DNA of 64,000 nt from Solirubrobacteraceae bacterium (GTDB lineage: Bacteria > Actinomycetota > Thermoleophilia > Solirubrobacterales > Solirubrobacteraceae): NCBI GenBank assembly GCA_035536715.1, contig DATLNO010000077.1:9221-73220 (forward strand), in the 5' to 3' direction. The position numbers and the translations under genes were made by a program. Positions 27,889 through 35,223 of the stretch are shown here, one piece after another; the first letter of the stretch is position 1, and every line of letters begins with the position of its first letter. The notes beneath the pieces are model-generated. The model did not search any database, was not told the DNA's origin, and was given only the letters and a program-made list of their open reading frames with translations.

Positions 27889-28955
27889 TGCGCGGTGACC
27901 GTCGCGTGCATGAACGGGTGGATCACGCAGTAGAACTCATACGTCCCGGGGGCGGCGAACTGCACCGTGTTCGCCGGCGCAAACGGCGACGCTGAGATCG
28001 CGTCCAGCTCGCCGGAGTTCCAGAAGCCGTTGCCGTGCAGCAGCGGCGTCAGCGCCGCGACCGCCGGCGGCTGCTCGCTGGGATACGTCGCCCGAGGATC
28101 GACTCCCGTCGGCCCCTGATAGCTGCCGGAGATCGTGCCCAGATAGGACTTCGGGTCGGTCATCGGGTTCCCGGGCCCCGTCGTCGCCGTATGCGCCTCG
28201 GTCGACCGCGCCGGCATCGCGAAGCGCACGCTCGTGCCGACCGCCACCGTGAGCTTGGCGGGCAGGAAGCCCATGTGCTCGACCCCGCGCCCGCCGGCAG
28301 CGCCCACGCTGACGACGTTCGCCGGCGGCTTCGTGGCGGCGAGGCTCTTGGCCGTCGTCAGCGCCGACGCGGTCTGCCTCCTGACGCTGAGGGCAATCGC
28401 CCTCGGCGACTGCGCGGGCCGGTTCCTCGCGACGACGCGCACCGTGCCGCGCATGCCGGGGTGGACGTCGCAGAAGTACGTGAACAGCCCGGTGCGCCCG
28501 AAGCGGACGTTCATCGGCTTCGGCTTGTCGGCGAGCGGCAGGCCGCTCTCCACGCGCCCAGCGCCCTTCGTGACCGTCTTGCCGAAGTTCGACCTGAACA
28601 TCAGCGGATTGAAGGCGAGCTTGTCGCGCCCGTTGAACCAGAACGGCGCTCCCGCCGCGTCCGTGACACCGGTGACCTTTCCTGTCGGCACGTAGAAGGG
28701 CACGGCCCTGCCGCCGCGCGGTGGGAAGTCGACGGTGTGGAAGCCGACCGGCGTGAACGCGACCGTGTCGCCCCTGTGGATCCTGATGTTGCTCGGGAAG
28801 AACGCGTTGACCTCGCTCGCGCGCTTCTGGAATGAATCCTGGCTTGCCGGCGGCGCTCCCATGAAGACCGTCCGCTTGGCCGCCTGCGCCGCGGCCGGCA
28901 TGACCAGGGCGGCCATGATGGCGGTCGTCAGCGTGTACATCGTGGGTCGTGACAT
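27885..28955 (-). CDS. secreted tandem cupredoxin protein (two type 1 Cu domains)
   Basis: Signal peptide, then two ligand sets: GFHTVDF...CDVHPGM and EAHTATT...CVIHPFM. RBS GGAGGAG lies before ATG 28955. Confidence 0.7.
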   Translation of the reverse strand: MSRPTMYTLTTAIMAALVMPAAAQAAKRTVFMGAPPASQDSFQKRASEVNAFFPSNIRIHRGDTVAFTPVGFHTVDFPPRGGRAVPFYVPTGKVTGVTDAAGAPFWFNGRDKLAFNPLMFRSNFGKTVTKGAGRVESGLPLADKPKPMNVRFGRTGLFTYFCDVHPGMRGTVRVVARNRPAQSPRAIALSVRRQTASALTTAKSLAATKPPANVVSVGAAGGRGVEHMGFLPAKLTVAVGTSVRFAMPARSTEAHTATTGPGNPMTDPKSYLGTISGSYQGPTGVDPRATYPSEQPPAVAALTPLLHGNGFWNSGELDAISASPFAPANTVQFAAPGTYEFYCVIHPFMHATVTAQ

Positions 28956-29040
28956 CGTACTCCTCCGATGCGAGTCACCAAGCTGTGGACTGTCGTGCGA
29001 CCATAACCTTCGGGCCTGCGCCGAGGGGAAAATTTTGACC

Positions 29041-29695
29041 TCACAGCCCGTAGCTGCGCCCGATCACGTCGAGCATGATCTCGTCGGTGCCGGCGCCGAT
29101 GCGGTTCAGGCGCAGGTCGCGCCAGACGCGCTCGATGCCGTACTCGGTCATGTAGCCCGCGCCGCCGCGGATCTGGATGCACTCGTCGGCGACCTCGACC
29201 GCCATCCGCGACCCGTGCAGCTTCGCCATCGAGATCTCGCGCACGGGGTATGCCCCGTTGCCGTGGCGCCAGGCCGTCGTGTGGCCCTGGTCCGGACGGT
29301 CTTCGTGACGAGCACGATTGCGTCGGCGCGGTCGCCGTGGGTGATGTGTCGGCGCGGTGGCCGTTGGTGATGTAGGTCGATGACGTAATGGTCGCCGTCG
29401 CGGACAGCACGGGTCGTGATGGCGGCGACATCCGAGCCGGCATCGGGCTCGGTGATCCCGAGGCAGAGGATCTTCGTGCCAGCGATGGCAGGCACGACCC
29501 ACTCCTGCTTCTGCTCCTCGGTGCCGAACGCGAGGATCGGCCGAAGGAAACCGAGTTCGCCCATCCGCGTGAGGATCCAGTCGGGGAACGTCGTCTGCTC
29601 CCACTCGCCGGCGTGCGGGGCGAGCTCCTTGCCGACGAACGCGCGCATCGACTCGCGCAGCGCGTCGTGTCGTCGGTGAAGATGAAATGCCGGCG
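29041..29695 (-). pseudogene. decayed acyl-CoA dehydrogenase gene (multiple frameshifts and internal deletions)
   Basis: ACAD-like pieces lie in three frames: FIFTDD / DALRESMRAFVGKELAPHAGEWE...FGTEEQKQEWV...GITEPDAGSD...DGDHYVI / YITNGHRAD / AIVLVTKT / ...ISMAKLHGSRMAVEVADECIQIRGGAGYMTEYGIERVWRDLRLNRIGAGTDEI. Only about 220 of the expected 380 or so residues remain. Confidence 0.6.
29322..29373. repeat. imperfect 26-bp tandem duplication inside the ACAD pseudogene
   Basis: Unit 29322-29347 is gtcggcgcggtcgccgtgggtgatgt and unit 29348-29373 is gtcggcgcggtggccgttggtgatgt (24/26 identical). It duplicates the ITNG-xRAD motif and shifts the frame. Confidence 0.7.
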
Positions 29696-29837
29696 CCCGG
29701 CGGCGTGATCGGGCCTGCGGACGTCGTCGGTCGTGGCCGTCGCCGGTCCGTAGCGCGCGCTGCACCGGACGTGAACAGTGGCACGTCTTGCTTCCTGCTC
29801 TGACGCCACGTGCGTGCGCGCGAAGTAGATTGCGCCC

Positions 29838-30620
29838 GTGTCCTACGAGACCCTGAACTACGACGTGGCCGACGCCGTGGCCACGATCGCGCTCGACCAG
29901 CCCGAGTCGCGCAACGCGCTCTCGAACGCGCTGCTCGAGGAGCTGCTCGACGCGCTGACCGCGGCGCGCGACGACGGCGTGGTCCGCTGTATCGTGCTCG
30001 CCTCCACGCACGAGACGGTCTTCTCGAGCGGCGGCGACCTGGCGGGCTTCGCCGCCGCCGTCCCGCTCGTCCACAAACACGTCGCCAACGACCGCTTCCC
30101 GCGGCTGTTCGAGCTGATCGGCACGCTCGGTAAGCCCGTGCTGTGCGCCGCGCGCGGCCACGTGCTCGCGGGCGCGCTCGGCCTCGCGCTCGCCGGCGAC
30201 CTCGTGATCGCAAGCGAGCGCGCGACGTTCGGCACGCCCGAGATCAACGTCGGCCTCTTTCCCTTCATGATCGGCGCGCTCATCAGCCGCAACGTCGGGC
30301 GCAAGAACATGACCGAGCTGTTGCTGCTCGGTCACCGCATCGACGCGCACGAGGCGCAGCGGCTCGGGATCGTCAACCGCGTCGTCGCGCCCGCCGACTT
30401 CGACGGCGCCGTCGCCGACTGGGCGGCGCAGCTCGCCGCGAAGTCGCCGCTGCTCATGAAGCTCGGCAAGGACGCGCTCTTCGCGCAGCAGGACATGGCG
30501 TTCGGCGAGGCGCTGGAGTACCTGCGCGGGCAGCTCACGCTCGCGCTGTCGACCGACGATGCTCGTGAGGGCGTCGCGGCCTTCCTCGAGCGCCGCGAGC
30601 CACGGTGGATCGGCAGCTGA
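29838..30620 (+). CDS. enoyl-CoA hydratase/isomerase family protein
   Basis: IALDQPESRNALS...FSSGGDL...GHVLAGALGLALAGDL. GTG start at 29838. Confidence 0.8.
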   Translation: MSYETLNYDVADAVATIALDQPESRNALSNALLEELLDALTAARDDGVVRCIVLASTHETVFSSGGDLAGFAAAVPLVHKHVANDRFPRLFELIGTLGKPVLCAARGHVLAGALGLALAGDLVIASERATFGTPEINVGLFPFMIGALISRNVGRKNMTELLLLGHRIDAHEAQRLGIVNRVVAPADFDGAVADWAAQLAAKSPLLMKLGKDALFAQQDMAFGEALEYLRGQLTLALSTDDAREGVAAFLERREPRWIGS

Positions 30621-31348
30621 CCGCGCTGCTGTGCCGGACGTCCGACCGCGGTCCCCATGCCGCGGCCGGCACCCGTGAGCTCGGCGAGTTGCTGGGCGCG
30701 CGGATCATCGGCGAGCCGGGCGCGCCGCGCATCGCGGGCTGGGAGGACGATCTGCGCGACTCACACGGCTGCCTGATGGAGGCCGGCGGGCAGATCGACG
30801 ACGCGTTCGAGGCGGGTCTCGCGCCGGTACTGCTCGCGGCGGAGTGCTCGATCAGCGTGGCGACGCTCCCCGTCGTCGTGCGCCACCACCCGGACGTGCG
30901 CGTGCTGTGGCTCGACGCGCACGGTGACTTCAACACGCCCGCGACGACGAGCAGCGGCTTTCTCGGCGGGATGTGCCTGGCCGGGGCGTGCGGGCTGTGG
31001 GACACCGGCTTCGGCGCCGGCCTCGACCCGGCGCGCGTGATCATGCACGGCGTACGCGACGTCGAGGGCGCCGAGCGGGTGGCGCTCGATCGCTGTGGCG
31101 TCTACCGCATCGAAGACGCGGCTTCGCTCGAAGGGATGACGCTCTTCGTGCACGTCGATCTCGACGTGCTCGACCCCGACCTCTTCCCGGTGAGCTTCCC
31201 GGCGCCGGGAGGCCTCTCGCCGCTGGGACTGCACGAATTTCTCGACGAAGTGGGCCGGCTGGCGGACATCGTCGGCGCGGAGGTCACGTCCGCGGCGCCG
31301 GGTTATGGTCGGCTCGTTGCCGACGCGATCGAGCCGTTGCTGGCATGA
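30605..31348 (+). CDS. arginase/agmatinase/formiminoglutamase (ureohydrolase) family protein, atypical
   Basis: WLDAHGDFNTP (DAHxD) and HVDLDVLDP (DxDxxDP) are present. The usual GGDHS position reads AAECS. At 247 aa it is short for the family. Confidence 0.65.
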   Translation: MDRQLTALLCRTSDRGPHAAAGTRELGELLGARIIGEPGAPRIAGWEDDLRDSHGCLMEAGGQIDDAFEAGLAPVLLAAECSISVATLPVVVRHHPDVRVLWLDAHGDFNTPATTSSGFLGGMCLAGACGLWDTGFGAGLDPARVIMHGVRDVEGAERVALDRCGVYRIEDAASLEGMTLFVHVDLDVLDPDLFPVSFPAPGGLSPLGLHEFLDEVGRLADIVGAEVTSAAPGYGRLVADAIEPLLA

Positions 31349-31730
31349 GCATCATCGAGCTGCTCGATGCGATGAACGAGCTCGGCATCCGGCCCGAGCA
31401 CGAGTGCTTCGACATCGGCCACGTCGGCTCGCTCGCGCCGCTGATCGACATGGGCCTGCTGCGCTCGCCGCTGCACGTCGACTGCGTCATGGGCGTCACC
31501 GGCGGCATCCCGGCGACGGCGCGCAACCTCGCGGCGATAGTCGACAACGTCCCAGCGGGCGCGCATTGGGGCGTCATCGGGATCGGGCGCGCGCAGTGGA
31601 TGCTCGACGGACGATGGCGCGCTCCAACGGCGAGCTCGGCGCGCGTGCGCGGCGGATGACCGAGGACGCGGGGCGGCACGCCGCCACCGTCGCCGAGGCG
31701 CGCAAGATGCTCGGGGTGGTGCGCGCATGA
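31345..31730 (+). pseudogene. remnant of a BKACE (3-keto-5-aminohexanoate cleavage enzyme, DUF849) gene
   Basis: Only the C-terminal half is present: ELGIRPEHECFDIGHVG...PLHVDCVMGVTGGIPA...WGVIGIGRAQW. Then comes a frame change to RSNGELGARARRMTEDAGRHAATVAEARKMLGV. The GGHVRVGLED block and the whole N-terminal half are absent. Its stop overlaps the CoA-transferase ATG. Confidence 0.5.
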
Positions 31731-32965
31731 CCAGCCTGCCGCTCGAAGGCGTGCGCGTGCTCGACCTCAGCCGGCTGCTGCCCGGCGGCTTCTGCTCGCT
31801 GCTGCTCGCCGACTACGGCGCCGACGTGCTGAAGGTCGAGGACACCGGCCTGGGCGACTACATCCGCTGGGCGCCGCCGTACCTCGCAGGCGCCGCGGAC
31901 AGCGCGAAGTCGGCGCCGTTTCTGGCGCTGAACCGCAACAAGCGCTCGATCCGGATCGACCTCAAGCACCGGGACGGCCGCACGGTGCTGCTCGACCTCG
32001 CCCGCCGGCACGATGTCGTGCTCGAGTCCTTCCGGCCGGGCGTGCTGGACCGCCTCGGCGTCGGCTACGAGGCGATGCGCGCCGTCAACCGGAAGATCGT
32101 GCTGTGCTCGATCACCGGCTACGGCCAGGATGGTCCGCTGCGTGACCGCCCCGGCCACGACATGAACTATCTCGCGCTCATCGGCCTGCTCGGCCTGACC
32201 GGTTCGGCGGGCGGTCCGCCGGTGCAGCCGGCAGGGCAGATCGCCGACATCGGCGGCGGCGCGCTGATGGCCGCATTCGGGATCCTCGCCGCGCTGCGCG
32301 AGGCCGATCGGACCGGGGATGGCCAGATCGTCGACGTCTCGATGGCCGACGGGGCGCTGTCCTGGCTGGCGATGGTCGCCGCGCGCTACTTCGCCGACGG
32401 CGAGGTGCCGGCGCGCGGGGCGCTCGAGCTGTCCGGGGGCCTCATCTGTTATTGCCCTTACGCCTGCGCGGACGGCGGCTGGGTGACGCTGGGCGCACTG
32501 GAGCCGAAGTTCTGGCAGGCGTGGTGTCGCGGGGTGCAACGCGAGGATCTGGTCGCCGCGCAGTTCGCCGCGCCCGGCAGCGACGCCCACGCACAGGTCG
32601 AGGCGATCTTCGCGACGCGCACGCGCGCGCAGTGGGAGGCGTTCGCCGCCGAGCACGAGTGCTGTCTCGAGCCGGTCCTCGACCTCGGCGAGGCGCTGGA
32701 GTCCGGGCTTGTGTGCGCACGCGAGATGGTCGTCGGCCTCGACCAGCCCGGGGTGGCCGAGCCGGTACGCCTGCTCGGGGCGCCGGTCAAGCTCTCGCGC
32801 ACGCCGGCGGACTGCAACCGGCTACCGGGGCCGGAACTGGGCGAGCATGCCGCGGACGTCCTGCGGGCGGCCGGCTACGACGAGGCGCGGATCGCCGGCC
32901 TCATGGAGTCCGGTGCCGTCGCAGGCCCGCCGGCGGCGGGGTCCGGAGGCTCGTTCCTCGCCTGA
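31727..32965 (+). CDS. family III CoA-transferase (CaiB/BaiF / alpha-methylacyl-CoA racemase-like)
   Basis: LEGVRVLDLSRLLPGGFCSLLLADYGADVLKVE, LNRNKRSI, FRPGVLDRLG and GHDMNY are canonical family III motifs. Confidence 0.85.
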   Translation: MTSLPLEGVRVLDLSRLLPGGFCSLLLADYGADVLKVEDTGLGDYIRWAPPYLAGAADSAKSAPFLALNRNKRSIRIDLKHRDGRTVLLDLARRHDVVLESFRPGVLDRLGVGYEAMRAVNRKIVLCSITGYGQDGPLRDRPGHDMNYLALIGLLGLTGSAGGPPVQPAGQIADIGGGALMAAFGILAALREADRTGDGQIVDVSMADGALSWLAMVAARYFADGEVPARGALELSGGLICYCPYACADGGWVTLGALEPKFWQAWCRGVQREDLVAAQFAAPGSDAHAQVEAIFATRTRAQWEAFAAEHECCLEPVLDLGEALESGLVCAREMVVGLDQPGVAEPVRLLGAPVKLSRTPADCNRLPGPELGEHAADVLRAAGYDEARIAGLMESGAVAGPPAAGSGGSFLA

Positions 32966-33222
32966 GCGCCGGTGTCGGCTTCGTCCTTCCAGGAATCGAG
33001 CTCGGCACGTGCCCACGGGGGTAGGTCGCCCGAGGCCTTGAAGTGCTCGGCGGCGGCAACCATGCGCACGGCTGCCTTACGGAACTCGTGCGTGACGGCG
33101 GCTTCGGGGTCCATCAAGGCCCATCATCGCGCATGGCGCGTGCACAGAACAAGACGATCATCGTCGTATCGTGGTCGAGCAGAACTTCTGCGCCCCTTAT
33201 GACCGTCGGGTAGCCTCGCGTC

Positions 33223-33414
33223 ATGAGCGCGATACCAGGTGAGCCACTGAAGCAGAAGCCGCACGAGCTGATCCTGAAGGACGGAACGAAGCTGAAGCTC
33301 AAGTTTCCCGGCATGCCGCCGCGTATGGAACCGCTCGCAACGGAGGAGCGCGGCCCGGCCGAGCCTCCGCGCGACAACCCCGCGCCCGCGCACAACCCGA
33401 ACCACGGGTTCTGA
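33223..33414 (+). CDS. small hypothetical protein (63 aa)
   Basis: ATG ORF with reasonable GC3 bias following a lower-GC, promoter-like stretch (33120-33220). I did not recognise a family. Confidence 0.3.
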   Translation: MSAIPGEPLKQKPHELILKDGTKLKLKFPGMPPRMEPLATEERGPAEPPRDNPAPAHNPNHGF

Positions 33415-33435
33415 CGGAGCGCTCGTGGGCCGGCG

Positions 33436-33663
33436 TCACTCCGGCCGGGGCGCGTTTTCGAGCTTCTCCCAGGTCACCGGTCCGACGATGCCGTCGGGCA
33501 GATCGATCTGCGCCCACCGCTGAAACGACTTCACGGCGCTCTCGGTGTAGACGCCGAACACGCCGTCGACCTCGCCCGGCTTGAAGTCGAGCTCGATCAG
33601 GGCCGCCTGTAGGTCGTTGACGTCCTGGCCCTCGGATCCTCGCTGCACCGTCGGTCTTGCCAT
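33436..33663 (-). CDS. peptidoglycan-binding (PG_binding_1-like) domain protein
   Basis: About 75 aa: GSEGQDVNDLQAALIELDFKPGEVDGVFGVYTESAVKSFQ... matches the PGB1 repeat pattern. ATG at 33663. Confidence 0.6.
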   Translation of the reverse strand: MARPTVQRGSEGQDVNDLQAALIELDFKPGEVDGVFGVYTESAVKSFQRWAQIDLPDGIVGPVTWEKLENAPRPE

Positions 33664-33694
33664 GAATGTGCTCCTTGTCTGAGACGTGGGCGGC

Positions 33695-34228
33695 TCACGG
33701 TATCCGCGGCTCGCCATCGCCGCCGTCCCGTCGCAGGGTGAAGAAGAGCTGCTCTGCGCCCCACACGTGGCGCAGGCCGTGCTCGCGGAAGCCGAGCTTC
33801 CTCAGTACCCGGCGCGAGCCGAAGTTCGCCTCGCGCGTGATCGCCACGAGGCGGTCCATGGCGAGCGTGGCGAACGCCTCGGCGATTACCGCGCGGGCGG
33901 CCTCCGTGGCGTAGCCGCGACCCCAGTAGGCCGAGCCGAACGCGTAGCCGAGGGCGACGTCGGGCCCGTCGGGGGCGAGCGGAAACAGCCCGGCCTCGCC
34001 GCACATGAGGCCGCTCTCGCGCTCGATCACCGGCCAGAACGAGAAGCCGCCTGTCTCCTGCTGCTTCATCGTGCGCTCGAGCGCGGCGCGCGTTCCCGGC
34101 AGATCGCGTGGCCCGCCCAGCAGCGCCATCGCCGCCTCGTCGCTGTAGAGGACTGCGTGCAGCTGCGGCAGGTCATCCGCCTCGTACGGGCGCAGCACGA
34201 GGCGCTCGGTGACGATCGGAAGCGGCAT
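33695..34228 (-). CDS. GNAT family N-acetyltransferase (RimJ/RimL-like)
   Basis: TERLVLRPYEADDLPQLHAV..., WGRGYATEAARAVIAEAF, NFGSRRVLRKLGF. Confidence 0.8.
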   Translation of the reverse strand: MPLPIVTERLVLRPYEADDLPQLHAVLYSDEAAMALLGGPRDLPGTRAALERTMKQQETGGFSFWPVIERESGLMCGEAGLFPLAPDGPDVALGYAFGSAYWGRGYATEAARAVIAEAFATLAMDRLVAITREANFGSRRVLRKLGFREHGLRHVWGAEQLFFTLRRDGGDGEPRIP

Positions 34229-34299
34229 CGCCGTCGATGGTGACGGGTCCGGTCCCGCGCTGTCTCCGCGGTCGTGGTCGGCCCACTAGGGTCGGACGA

Positions 34300-35223
34300 A
34301 TGCGGACCGGTGTGATCGTCCCCGTCCACGGCTGGCCCTCGCTGCTGGCCGAGACGCTCGACGGGATCCTCGCGCAGGACCCGCGGCCCGAGGTCGTGCT
34401 CGTCGTCGACGACGGGTCGACCGAGCCGGTCGCGCTGCTTCCCGACCACACGGGGCACTGCCGTGTCGTCCGCCACCCCGAGCGCCGCGGCCTGGCGTAC
34501 GCGCGTGCGACGGGTCTGGCGCAGCTCGAGGGCTGCGAGCTCGTCGCCTTCTGCGACGCAGATGACGTCTGGGAACCCGGCAAGCACGCTGCGCAGCTCG
34601 CGGCGCTCGCCGCTCATCCGAGGGCGGCGGCCTGCTTTGGCAGCGCGTCGATCGTCGGCCTCGACGGGCGCCCGACGGGTGAGCAGTGGGACGAGCTCGC
34701 GGCGGGCTGCCATACGGCGGACGCGCTTTTGCCGCTGCTCTACGAGCGCAACCCGCTCTGCGTCTCCAGCGTGCTGCTGCGGCGCGACGCGGTGGTCGAG
34801 GCAGGCGGTCTCGAGTTCGAGCTGCCGCGCGCCGAGGACTGGGATCTCTGGCTGCGCCTGCTCGCGCTTGGCCACGCGTTCGTGGTGGAGCCGGCCGCCA
34901 GGGTCCGCTACCGCCGCTCTCCGGGCGCGCTGTCGGGCGACATCGCCGGGCTCGCGAGCGCGCAGCTGCACGTGCACGCGGCGCATGCCGGGCTCGTCGA
35001 CGAGGTCGTCCGCCGCCGCGTCGAGGCCGCCGATCGCGTGGCGCATGCGCGTGGGCTCGTGCGCCGGCGCGAGTACGACGCGGCGCGTGAGGAGCTGCAG
35101 CGCGCGTTCGAGCTGCGCCCGCCCGATCGGAGCGAGCGCGCTCTTGCGGCGCTGCTGGCCGTCCCGGGGCTGCGGTCGGCGCTCGGTCGCCGCGATCCGT
35201 ACTCGGCGGGCGCGCGTCCCTAG
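34300..35223 (+). CDS. glycosyltransferase family 2 protein
   Basis: GVIVPVHGWPSLLAETLDGILAQD...VVDDGSTEP...FCDADD (GT-A, DxD). ATG at 34300. Confidence 0.75.
   Translation: MRTGVIVPVHGWPSLLAETLDGILAQDPRPEVVLVVDDGSTEPVALLPDHTGHCRVVRHPERRGLAYARATGLAQLEGCELVAFCDADDVWEPGKHAAQLAALAAHPRAAACFGSASIVGLDGRPTGEQWDELAAGCHTADALLPLLYERNPLCVSSVLLRRDAVVEAGGLEFELPRAEDWDLWLRLLALGHAFVVEPAARVRYRRSPGALSGDIAGLASAQLHVHAAHAGLVDEVVRRRVEAADRVAHARGLVRRREYDAAREELQRAFELRPPDRSERALAALLAVPGLRSALGRRDPYSAGARP

Noticed and set aside
32875-33117. 80-aa minus-strand ORF (MMDPEAAVTHEFRKAAVRMV...) overlapping the last 90 nt of the CoA-transferase gene.
   Set aside because: Codon bias is acceptable, but I recognised no family. 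A third of it overlaps a well-supported gene, and the tail is Pro/Ala low-complexity. Evidence is insufficient to call it; it could still be a real small protein.
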